Assembly: GCA_003971905.1 (NCBI GenBank)
Contig: RSEE01000132.1
Span: 1-64,000 of the forward strand
Reading direction: 5' to 3'
DNA: 64,000 nucleotides
Source: Moniliella sp. 'wahieum'
Lineage: Eukaryota
Each line of letters begins with the position of its first letter. Position 1 is the first letter of the stretch. Below the pieces are notes generated by a model that searched no databases, had not been told where the DNA came from, and saw only the letters and a program-made list of their open reading frames with translations. Made by a program: the position numbers and the translations under genes. This document shows, piece by piece, positions 51,780 to 64,000 of this stretch.

Positions 51780-52115
51780 ATGGTCCAGCGCGTGACGCTC
51801 CGCAAGCAAAACCCGTACAACACCAAGTCGAACCGCCGCACGGTGGTCAAGACCCCGGTGGTAAGGTGGTGACGAAGCACTTGAAGAAGCTCGCTGCGAG
51901 TCCCAAGTGCGGTGACTGCCACGCTCCCCTGGCCGGCATCAAGAGCTTGCGTCCGCGCGAATTCGCCACTGTGTCCAAGCGCCAAAAGCACGTGTCGCGC
52001 GCGTACGGCGGAAGCCGGTGCGGCGCCTGCGTTCGTACCCGTATCGTTCGCGCTTCTTGGTTGAGGAAGCCAAGATGTCAAGCAGGTCCTCAAGAACTCT
52101 GAAAAGAGCAAGTAA
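51780..52115 (+). CDS. RPL34: 60S ribosomal protein L34; probable 5'-UTR intron 51619-51779
   Basis: MVQRVTLRKQNPYNTKSNRRTVVKTP; PKCGDC...LAGI..LRPREFATVSKRQKHVSRAYGGSRCGACVRTRIVRA. Confidence 0.95.
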
Positions 52116-52552
52116 TCGCCTTTCGTTGCTCTCTTGCCTTTTGGCTTGCTCCGTTCTTGTTCCCCCTTCCTTTTGTGTGTGGTTCCTGGCGGGACTGCGG
52201 CCAGGCTGCGCTGGCGTACCCCGCGAATGGCGACGCGGCGCAGAGGGGTTGTGGTCTGCGTGGCGGCCGGATAGCAGTGGCCCTGACGCTGGGGAGGAGA
52301 ATGTTATGCCTATGCGCGAACCATCTGGATCTTTGGTCAAAAGATACGTTCATTGTCTGGGAGATTTGGACGGGTAGGATGGGAATGGGAATGGGGATGG
52401 GGATGGGTGGGCCGGCCTGGAAAAGAGAGGTGGACAGCAGCAGAAGCCCGAGGGAAGATGGATGGTCGGCGTTTTGGGTAAGTCACCAGCTAGCAAAGAA
52501 CTGGAAATTGCAATCTCAGATACAGGGGAAACCCAGTTTGCTCTTTCATCAA

Positions 52553-52648
52553 GGCAATGTGCCCGAGCGGTTAAGGGATTGATTAGAACAGCAATGTCTA
52601 ACCATCAATTAGGCTCTGCCTGCACAGGTTCGAATCCTGTCATTGTCG
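52553..52648 (+). tRNA. tRNA-Ser(AGA) with a ~15-nt intron
   Basis: Acceptor stem GGCAATG/CATTGTC, anticodon stem ATTGA/TCAAT with TT-AGA-A loop, intron cagcaatgtctaacc, long variable arm, T arm GGTTCGAATCC, downstream T6 Pol III terminator. Confidence 0.93.
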
Positions 52649-52885
52649 AATTTTTTGCTGTTGGAGGACAGGAGGTTGCGGCTCAGCTTGCCCCCCCCCT
52701 TAACATGAAACAGCGGTGAGCTATTGGACCTTGCGTCCTGAGGCTTGATGGGCCAGAGACAGGAGAGCATGGAAATGGTTCATCGATGCGTTCATCGAAA
52801 CAAGGTCAAATGCGGGCTTGAGAAAGAGAAAGTCAAGGGGCGGGAGGGGAGGGGGGGGGGGGTCAGTCTGTCCTTCCTCAGCTTT

Positions 52886-54219
52886 TCAGCGCCAATACGT
52901 CACGCCCCCTCGGCCCAATTGAGCATCGAGGTGGAGCAGGAGCGGACGACGAATGCCCAAGGCAGCCAAGAGGAAAGTATGGCGGATTTCAGTCGGGGAC
53001 GGGGTACGCTCCCGCGGTGGCGCCTGTGCCTGCGCTTGCGCCTGCGCCGCAAGGGGGCGGGCGCGGGCGCGGGGAGAGGATGACCCACCACGGCAGGCAA
53101 GACCAAGCGTACCAGGTGACGTACCAAGCCCACCACCACAGGCGGCACGTACGAAGCCACGTACCATGCCCAGGCTACCGTTGTGCCCACGAGCCAGATA
53201 CCTACCTCGCCCAGCAGCAACGGAGGCACCAGCCACGGTGCCCCGCGGCACGCCCATCGGTGGCGTCAATGACCAGACACGGAACGTGTTACTGACCACT
53301 GTCCCGCCCGCCGTGTGGAACAGGAGGCGAAAGTACCCGTCCCCCGCGCTGGCTGGCACAGGATCAGGTGCGTCGCAACGGGCACAAGCGGTTGCGGTTC
53401 CGGTGGCAGGTGCGGTGCGGGTGCGAGGCGAAGACAACCAGAATGCGAATGAGGAGAATGAGAACGAGTATGAGAATGAGAATGCAAATGGGAATGAGAA
53501 CGAACTGAGACTGGGCCCAGCGACGCGCAAAGTGGTCCGATTGCAGTTCGTACATGGCCAACTGCTCTGGGGGAAGGAGGTGCGGGTACCCACACGGGTT
53601 GTGCGGGTTGGGTCGGTGGGAGAGTATGCGCGTGTGCGTCGGCGAACGTACCCTGCGGCGCGCTGGGACGATTTCCCGTCCGCGGGCGGGGACTGTACGT
53701 GGCGCGGGGGCGGAGTGCGTTCCGAGTGGTTCGACCGCGCCGACGTCGGTCGGGGCGAAGTGAGCAGGTCGGGAGATACGACGGACCGCTGGCTAGTGGA
53801 CGAGGGTCTCCGTGCCTTTGGCGAGGTAGGGACGGACCTACGCCGCAGTTCAGGCGAGGGGGGGGGGAGAAGTGCGACGGCCGGCGCTCGACCCAGTTCC
53901 GTAGAAGGCGTCACGTCCCACTGGTCTCGGGCGGGAGGCAGGTGCCAAGCCACGCAGCTCGCCAGCCGCGCTTGATCAGCGTCACATGCACAGCCGACGG
54001 CGTAAGCGCGTACCAAGGCACACGCAGAATCGTGATGGCAACGTAAGTGTCCGGGCCGTGGTAGAGCACGCACGGCGGGCCATGGAGCAGCGCGACCAGG
54101 GGACCAGGCTCGGACGCAGGCCAGATGGGCAGCAGACGCAGCAGCTCCTGCTGCGCACGGTGCAGGTGCGAGACGAGCGTGTGCACATGGCGCGTCCAGG
54201 ACGCGCGGTGGGCATCCAT
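52886..54219 (-). CDS. Hypothetical protein with hydrophobic C-terminal segments
   Basis: Overlapping ORFs 53911-54219, 52886-54283 and 52900-53229; no recognised motif. Confidence 0.35.
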
Positions 54220-54609
54220 CGTGCGGTGGTGGGGGCGGCAGGGGCGGCACGGAAAGGGATCGTGGGGCGCGGGGTGGGCGCATGGGAAGAGGTGGGGGTA
54301 ACGCTGGCCAAGGGGCTTGGCTGAGGGCTGACGTCAGCCCCGGCGCGCGGGATCGGGTGAACGGTCGTGGTCAGCTGAGCAGGATTGAACATTGCACATG
54401 GCAGTGCGCATTTACCCGGAGTACCGTGCGCTGCGTGCGTCTCGCGGGGAGGGTGAGCGTCACGCGTCCCCGCTCGCCTTTCAGGCCAATCCAATCAGCA
54501 TCGGGCTAACGAGTAACTAGCAGCGCCCGCCCGCCGCCCTCGCCCGTCCTCGCCATCCGCATCGACACCGCCTCTGCTCGCCGCCGCCTCCCACACCGCC
54601 TCCGCCGCC

Positions 54610-55608
54610 ATGCGCCCGACACGCCCGCCCTCAAGATCCTCCTCATTGGTGTGCGTCCCATGTGTCCTTGCGTGTGCTTGTGCTTCGCTCGTGCTTCGCT
54701 CGTGCTTCGCTCGTGCTCGTGCCTGGGCCGGTGCTGTGTGCTGACCCCCCTCCCCAGTCGGCTGCCGTCGGCAAGTCCTCCTTGCTCATCGCTTTACCGA
54801 CGGCGAATTCCTCCCCGAGAGGAGGCCAGCGCGACCATCGGCGTCGACTACAAGACCAAGATCGTGACTGTGGACGAGAAACGATTTAAGCTCTGCATCT
54901 GGGACACTGCTGGCCAAGAGAGATACCGCACCCTCACCCACACTTATTACCGCTCCGCCAACGGCGTTATCCTCGGTACGTCCTCTCCCCGATTGCCTTG
55001 TCCCCTCGGCTAGCTACCGCGCCTCTTGCCTCTGAGGTCCATGCTAACCCCCCCCCCCTTGTTTCCCCCCATCTTAGTGTACGACGTGACCGACCGCGCG
55101 AGCTTTACCTCGCTCCCGACCTGGTTCAAGGAACTGGAGACCTTCTCACTAACATGACTGCCGTCAAGATTGTCGTGGGCAACAAGGTGGACGAGGTGCG
55201 TGAGGTGCCAGAATTCCCCCCTACCCTATTCTTTCCTCGCTTGCAGCGTACACTGCGGCAGAGGCATGCTTACTAACCGCTGTCCCCCTGTTCGATGATG
55301 TGCGATGCTGGATTCGATGCTGGATTCGATGCGATGGCGCAGGGAGCGGCGCGAACCGTGTCGACGGAAGAAGGGCAAGCGCTAGCGACCAAGTACGGCT
55401 GTGCCTTTCTCGAGACGAGCGCCAAGGAAGGGGAGAATGTCGAGCGGGCCTTCGAAGCGCTAGTGAGGGACATTGTCGTCGCTCGGCAATCTGCTCCCCT
55501 GTCCCGCCTGGCTCTGGCTCAGGATCAGGATCAGGACCCGGCAGCAACTCACAACCTATCAACCTCGCCCAACCGGCTCCCGGGTACTTGTCATCCTGTT
55601 CGTGCTAA
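54610..55608 (+). CDS. Rab-family small GTPase, Rab18-like, three introns
   Basis: [54 protein letters not shown]-terminal CSC prenylation motif. Confidence 0.88.
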
Positions 55609-56082
55609 TTCCCTCATGCGCCTACGCCACCAAGTCCGGGGGCGCACACAGCGGCGCAGCACAGGGCAAGGTACCCGCACCCCGCGTGCCGTGCCGTGCC
55701 GTGCCGTTCCGTTCGCTCTCGTTCGCTCGTTCGCTCGTTCGTGTACCGGTCCGGCGCGATTGGGCGCGGTGGCCGATCGGTCTATAGAACCCTTGCTCAT
55801 ACCCCGCTGTCATCGACCCATCTTTCCTCGTATATATGTACATTCGATTGCTTTGCTTTGATTTGATTTGGTTTGGCTTGGTTGGTGGGGCTCGAGCTGA
55901 CTTGCCTTGGCTTGCCGGGCTTTGCGTAGCGTAGCGAAGCCTGGCTGGGTGTGGCTTGGAAGGGATTGCGTCCGTCTGCCTTGGGCTTGGGGTCAGGCGG
56001 GTTGGGAGACGGGGCGCGGTCCGTTCGAGGTGAGTTACGTGCGCCAGGAACGTGGCGGTTGCATGGCCAGTTGGAGCTGGAG

Positions 56083-56888
56083 TTAGAGACCAGCCACCAA
56101 CTCCATTTGCCGGTCGAAGGCTTGGCTGCGGATGGGCCGGGCAGTGATGGCACGCGAGCCCTCGGTGCCAGATACAGCGCAAGCTGCGAGGCAGGTCATT
56201 GACGGGTTGGAGATGTAGCGCAAGTAGGTGTGGTAGATCCCGCGGAACACCTACAAGTTGGTCAGCGTACCATGCACTGGCTCAGCATGGGGGTAAGCAG
56301 GGAAGGGGGAAGGGGCAAGGGCGCACGAGGGAGAGCGCGGTGGGGGGGGGAAGTGCGACAGCGGGAGAGCGCGCGCGCGCGGGGGGGGGAGAACGTGGAT
56401 TACAGTGATCATATCCAGGTCACGCACCACCTGGCCCGAAGTGACCAAGACCATGACAGATCTTGAGCTTGGTACACGTTTGGAACCCGTACACGGCTAC
56501 ATCCTCCTGCGTAAACAGTAGTCCCAAGTACTGTTCCACCTGCTTGTGCGCCGCTGGTCATCAAGGCCGTCAGTACCTGCTTGCTACCTGCTCGGCACCC
56601 TAAGTATCCAAGTGTCCAAGTGTCCGCTCCCCCACCGGTGGCCGTGGGGTGAGGAAGGGGCGCGGAGACGGGAGGGGGGAGCTTACTTCGTTCGGCAATC
56701 ACGTCGAGAGAGCCGTGGACGAGAAAGTTGGTCTTGAGCTCTGCCTCGGCGTCGGAGGCAAAGTTGCGCACGTAGAGCGGGACATTGTCCGGCGCGACGA
56801 GGGCAATGCTGATGGGGGCGGGACGAGGGGGAGTCAGCGGCGGCGAGCTGGAAAGGGAAGGGGAGGGAGGGGGGGAGGGGGGGCACAT
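56083..56888 (-). CDS. TRAPP complex sedlin-like subunit (TRAPPC2L/Tca17-like), spliced
   Basis: SIALVAPDNVPLYVRNF...LKTNFLVHGSLDVIAER; EDVAVYGFQTCTKLKI; IYHTYLRYISNP. Confidence 0.78.
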
Positions 56889-57199
56889 AGAGCGTCAACG
56901 TGACAACTACGCACAATTTTGTCCATCGTACCGGTTGGATGAGGCAGAGATGGTGGGGTGGTGGGTTAGGCAAACCCGACCCCACGCCAACACGGTAGTG
57001 GCAACTGTCAATGCAACGTTCAACGTTGAATAGGGTGCCTGTTCGGATTTATTATTAGCTGGCGCGGTGCGTGGAGGGTTGTGGGGATTATGAGTGGATT
57101 TTCTGCGATTCAGCAGGTGTTTTTTACATGTGCGAGGGCTACAGCTTTGGTCTTTGATGCTCGTGCCTAAGCGCAGGTGTCCTACTGTGCTAGGCCATC

Positions 57200-58594
<1,395 letters not shown>

Positions 58595-59490
58595 CGCCGG
58601 CGAGAAGGGCGACGAGAGAGGAGATGGTGGGGGGGGGGAGCGCGGCCTGTGTTGCGTCGGTGACCTAGCAGCTGCAACCCAACCAGCAGGAAGCGTCCGG
58701 TCAGTCGGCGTTAGTGTGGACGCCGAATAGCCTGCCTGGGTTCCTGTGCGGCATGTCACCGGTCACCCTAGTCACCCACCACCAGCCTCTCGATTACCGC
58801 CGCCGATCGCAGCCTCGAAATCAGCAAATTCCTAATCAAATGCGCCCCGGAATCCCACCCCCATTCCGCCGTGGAGGAGCAGTGGAATTTTCTTTTTTTA
58901 AGCATGCAGCAACCCCCCCATCGGCACTTCTACTCCTACCACCACCCCCACCAACAACACGGACGACCCAGTCTGCCGTCCCACAGCCGAGACGAGGTAT
59001 GTGTATGCCCACCCCCCTCGAGCCGCAGATGGAGGATGAGCACAATCATTTTTATATCTGTCAATCCGCGGACGATCCTTTAGGGTCCATGCCGATACCT
59101 TGTATCCTGGATGTCTGAATCCTGTTCCGCACCGTAACCCCAGCACCGACTGACACTGGCCTCTTTCTGTCTGCGTCCCAGGTCTCCATCGCTGCACCTC
59201 ACCTGTGCCGAATCAGTACTGGTATGTCCCTTTCTCCGCTCCCCCCGAAAGGATGAGAAGTATACATTTTGGCGACGCACCGAAAGGTGGTGGGCCCCTA
59301 AATTATCTGCGTTATTGTCCTGATCAATCTCCCGTTCTCGTCGCTTGCGACACTCCGGGGCAAGCATGCTGACTCGTCTCGTCTTGTGTTGTGCTTCAGA
59401 CCAATCCTGCCTCTGTCATCTTCCAAATGAATTTTTCTATAGACAGCCAACACATCGCGAAAGAGGGGGAAAAAATGGACGTAGCTGTGG

Positions 59491-61592
59491 CTAGTAGTGC
59501 AAGACCGTGTCCTCCTTACCCAGAACCATGCTTGCACCGTATAATAACACCTTGCCGGCTGGGATACGAGGGGCAACCGATTCCCCTGTTACGGCCCCAT
59601 CTCCAGCCGCACCGACAAAACATCTTCTGTGCCGATGTCTCCAGCCCATGCGCAGCGGGAGGGAGAACATGCGGTCAAAGAGGAGTTGACGCCAATCGCG
59701 TGCCGCTTGGGCACACAATGCGTCCCTTGGTGGGCCTCCCTCGCCCTCGCGTAGCTGCCGCCACACTGCCGACGGCTGTGGCGGACCCGAGCTGAGGCAC
59801 GCGCGGTACCCGCGTTCCCACGTGTCCTGCAACACGCGTGCACACGCCTGGGCATGCGTGCAGGTCGGGTGACATTCAAAGTCCCGCATGGGACAAGTAA
59901 GACCGAGCTTGAGCAAGCGCTCGAGGAACCAGGATCGCTTGCGTTCCAACACGAGCAACGTGCGTGCACTCAACGTGTCCAGTTCTTTCCGACACCAGTC
60001 GTGCCAATGGTCCAACACGTGCCGCGACGCTTCCGGTACACATCTGGTAGACGATGCGTCTCGGCCATGCGCATGGCGGCAATCGGCCGCGCGGCCAACT
60101 TCCCGTAAAAATTCCGACGCTTCCTGAAACAAGTAGGCGTTGCCCACCTTGTCACTAAACGCCAGCAGCCTTCCACATCGAGCCAGGTAATGTTGATCTT
60201 GGTATGCGGGTAGATGAAGAGGAGAAACTGCTGCACCGTCAGCGCCTTCTCGTCGGCAAATCGATCACGGCGCGAACACCGGGCGGTACGGGGCCCCGAC
60301 CCCGCGCTGGGCACGCAGAGCACGGACGCACGCTCATATGCCAGCTCGCAACGACGTCCGACGACGTTTGCCCCGCCGTGCTGCGGCGGAGAAGGGTGAG
60401 ATGCGCCATGTCCTGCACTACTCTCCCGTGTCCGACCAGTGCGCCCACCCACCTCGTCCGACGCCGGGATCAAGGCTGCAGTAAATCGAGGTACCCCGCG
60501 CACTGAACCAGGGGGCGTAGCTAGGGCATCCAATCGTCCCCGCGCCTCTCTTCCCGCGCCTCACCTTCCTGCACCGCGGTCGATCGCCCGAGCCTAACCC
60601 TTCGTCCGCCTGCGAAAAGGCGCATACAGTCGATGTTGTCTCGTCGGGCAGATCGTCGAGCGTGCGTGCGTCATGTACGATACTCTGCGCTCATGCCGCT
60701 CGTGAGGTCCCGTTTCGTCCTCGTCATCGTCTTCCTCGTCCTCTTCCTCCTCCGCCTTCTCATCCTCCTCCTGCTCCACTTGCTTCCCCTTGCCCAAGTG
60801 GAGATGGGTGTCGTTGTCGTCATCAGTGTGGTTACGGTTGTGGCTGTGGCTGTGGCTGTGGTTATGGTTATGGTTGTGGTTGTGGGTAAACTTGGTTGGG
60901 GGGTGGCGTGGTGGTCGTGATGATGCTCGTTCTTGCCCCTCGCTAGTAAAGGAAGGGGTATCCTCCTCGCTCGTAGCGAGGCAGGTCTCGCTCCAGGCGC
61001 CAGCCAAGAGCGACTGAAAGTAAGGCGAGGAAAAGCGGAGAATGTCTTCGTGCACGTCCACTCGCGCCCGTCAGCACGGAGCAGGATCTTGCCCCTGTAC
61101 TCAGCGTCAGCACGGAACGTAGGGTGAACCTCTAGCTCAGCTTCCCCGATCGGCGGGGGGAGGCAAAGCAGTCTCGAGCACAGTAGCACTGCTGCTCACG
61201 CTCACGCTCACGCCTTGCGGCGTGGCAGGCGCGCTCCACTGCGGGTAGAGTAGGTCATGGTCACGCGCTCGGACGTGCTTCCCCCTACCGAGGGGAGGAG
61301 GTAAGCGCGGGACCGACGACGACGTTCCCGCCGCGTTTGGCCCACAAGCCCCGTCGCAGCGGCCGCTGGCTGGGCTTGAGCCTGCCTCCCAAGCGACCTG
61401 GCCAACGGTCGGGCAGAGGAACCGCCAGCCAGAGCTATGCCTCGGTGGCGTGACGCGGATCCGGAACTCGTCACGACAGGGGATCGTCTTCAATCGGCTG
61501 CTCGTCGCGCGCGTCCATCGGCACGGTGGCGGTGGGGGCGCAAGAGGCGGCGGCGGCGGCGGTGGGGCGGGCGCCAACGGTGGTGGGGTCAC
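59491..61592 (-). CDS. BTB/POZ-domain protein with an acidic/His-rich insertion; start uncertain
   Basis: ILLRADGRE..VHEDILRFSSPYFQSLLAGAWSET; DEKALTVQQFLLFIYPHTKINITWLDVEG; C-terminal Cys/His-containing helical region. Confidence 0.65.
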
Positions 61593-63371
61593 CGGTCACA
61601 CGTCACACGTAGGCGATGATTCGAGGATTAATGATTCCGTCACGTGATGGCACTGACCCATTCCGCCTCCCCTCCAGCACGTCGTTAGACTCGAAGCTTG
61701 AAGCTTGACGGGACTTGCGGCCCCCCATCGGTGGCTGCTAGCATGAGCGACTGCTGCCATCCTCACTGCCATGCCCCATCCCCACGCGGCGCTGCTGCCC
61801 CCACCGCCACTGCCACCGCCACTACCACCCCACGCCCGTCCCCGTCGACGATGGCGCCACCAAGCCCTCATTGGCCACCCTCTGCCCTCCCTCACCTACC
61901 TCCCCTCCGCAGGCGGCGAGGTGGATCTCTTCAACGTCTCCCTCACCCGGCCGTGCTGGTCTTTGTCTATCCCCGCACGGCACGCCGGGCCAACCTGCCT
62001 CGGAAGCCTGGGCCCGTATTCCTGGTACGCCCCCCTCTCCCTTCCTCCACTATCTCAACCGAGGCCACGATAAGCGCATAACCAGCTCTTGTTCCCCCTC
62101 TCTTGCCTTTAGGCGCGCAGGGGTGCACGCCCATGCTCTCTTCCGTCCGCGACGGCTGAAGGAACTGACGAAGCACGAGCCCGATCTGGCGCTGTATGGG
62201 TTATCGACGCAATCGTCTACGGAGCAAGCTGAGGCGGTGAAACGACTGGACTGCCTTCCCGCTCTTGTCGGACAACCACTGAACTGGACAACCGTTGGAC
62301 CGCCTACGTTCCACCATGACGACCAACCGTTCCTTAACGCATGATCCTCCTCCTCGCGGTGGACAGTGACACGCGTCCCTACCCTGTCTACCCGCCGGAC
62401 CAGACCGTTCGATTGGCCATCCCCATGCTCGTCCCGACGAGCACCTCGCCCCGGACGCCTGACATGTAGCCCAACTCCGGGCTGCCGCTCTACCTGGTAT
62501 ATCTACCTGGTGCCAAAACCATCCTGGATCAATCTAATCATTTTCATCATTACTTTGTCCGCCATGGCATCGGCGGGGTTAGAGGGCATAAGGGGGTGAA
62601 GAGCAGAGCTGCAGAAAACGTCGACGGGTCAGTAACCATGCCGAGGCGCAAAATAGTGTGGCTCAGTAGGAACAATTGAAGTTGATCGTCCTTGCCGCGC
62701 CTCCAAAAAGTTGCTATAGGAGGCGGGCTGCGTCATCCCAAAGTTCTCATCGTTGCCCAGCTCAGGGGGAGGACTCACGAGTTACAACCAGCGGCGAGAG
62801 GGGGTGCTGCACAAGATGAGCGCGAAAGGAACAAACGGGTCTGGAACAAAAAACAAAAACAAAACAGCGGCCATGTCAGTACACAGGTCCCAACTGTCAC
62901 ACCAGGCGGAGGTAAGGAGGAGGGGGCTCAGAAACGAAGAATTCCTGTTTAACCGCTTCCAAAACGCGGGGCCGCAGTGCGTTGATTCACCACGGTGCGT
63001 GTCAAGGGTTGGGTTTGGATAATCATCGCGGGAAGCAAGAACGTAGGGCGCACGTACAGTACACAACAGCCAACGGAAGCGCGGGGCGGAGAGGAGGCCG
63101 GCGACGAGGATGATGGTGGTGGGCAAAGAAGAAAAACTTGCCTCGGCCGGCAGGCAATAAAAGAAGAAAAAAGCAACCCCCGGAATGCGCAGGCTGGAAG
63201 AAGGTTTACGTAACACGCGCCCCCGAGCGGATCTGCCAGCGAGGCTGGCCTCCACCTCGGCCGCTGTTCCCGCCACCGCCACCGCCACCGCCACTGCCAC
63301 CTCCACCTCCTGGGCCTGGAGCGTCGCTGTACCATCTGCCCCGTCGCTGCTAACCCCGACTGCCTGACCCT

Positions 63372-64000
63372 ATGCTCGTTGGACGCACGGTTGGACGCAC
63401 GCTCTTTGGGCAGACGCTTGCGCCTGCCCTGCCGGTGCTGCGGCCTGCCCCACGCCGGTACTTGATCTCCTCGGCCGCTGCGCTGAGCCAGCCGTTGCAG
63501 CCGGCGGCGGCCAAGGGCGCCCGGCGGCAACGTCGCGCCCCCTTTACCACTGCCAAAGCTAGTACGGCCACATGGAGGGGGAGCAGAATGTGGAATACCC
63601 GCCTTCTCTCAGTGTCTTTCTCCGTCCCGACCCGGACCTGGACGCGCCAGCGTTGCCCTTGACTGCGTCCGTGTCGCGTGCGGCCGAGGAGGCGAATAAG
63701 ATCCCGCTGTCGTACCTTGCGGTGCCGTTGGGTGTGAAGGAGGAAACCGGTTGCGATGACAGGCCAGGCCTGAGCAAGATCTCGTCCATTACCGACCCGG
63801 CGAAAAGAAGGAAGCCTTGGCCTACCAGCGTAAACTGTTGATGAAGCAAATGCGTCAACCATACTACTACGATTTACATTCATGCGTTCCCACGGCGGAA
63901 AAATTTGGCGCGGTCCACCCACCATGATCAAGGAGTCTAAAGCGCTTTACTTCCCGGACGTTATGGGCGTCTCGCTCCTCGATCGCAGCACCGTTTCCAC
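63372..64000 (+). CDS. ATP10: Mitochondrial ATP synthase assembly factor Atp10, truncated at the window end
   Basis: Arg-rich presequence MLVGRTVGRT...; LAVPLGV; MRSHGGKIWRGPPTMIKESKALYFPDV. Confidence 0.72.

Noticed and set aside
61742..63367. Probable plus-strand gene between the BTB gene and ATP10
   Set aside because: Fragmented with no recognisable motif, so no product or boundaries could be supported.

Overview
Eukaryotic genomic DNA from a compact, GC-rich fungus. The gene content (PriB-like factor, PalH-like protein, Msb1/Mug8-like protein) and the few short GT..CTRAC..AG introns suggest a basidiomycete yeast, possibly Ustilaginomycotina. Nearly every gene, including essential ones, is split by 1-bp indels, which fits an unpolished long-read assembly. 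Gene models were therefore reconstructed by eye across frames and many boundaries are approximate. Recognisable genes: purU, RanGAP-like, PalH-like, PriB-like Zn2Cys6 factor, MSH6, ECO1, Msb1-like, CDC73, NCL1/TRM4, an F-box gene, two divergent pirins, RNase H2B, TIM10, FBA1, a Sel1-repeat chitin synthase activator, RPL34, tRNA-Ser(AGA), Rab18-like, TRAPPC2L-like, HEM15, a BTB protein and ATP10. The most unusual observations are: (1) a RanGAP gene with three tandem LRR modules, the third lacking the conserved motifs; (2) an orphan gene in a ~10 kb lower-GC island carrying six divergent copies of an unrecognised 'LLP...WPxxLxxxYPLL' domain, next to a double-F-box gene; (3) MSH6 and ECO1 apparently in one frame, separated by a single TGA; (4) 7-bp-periodic GTCAC arrays in several promoter regions.
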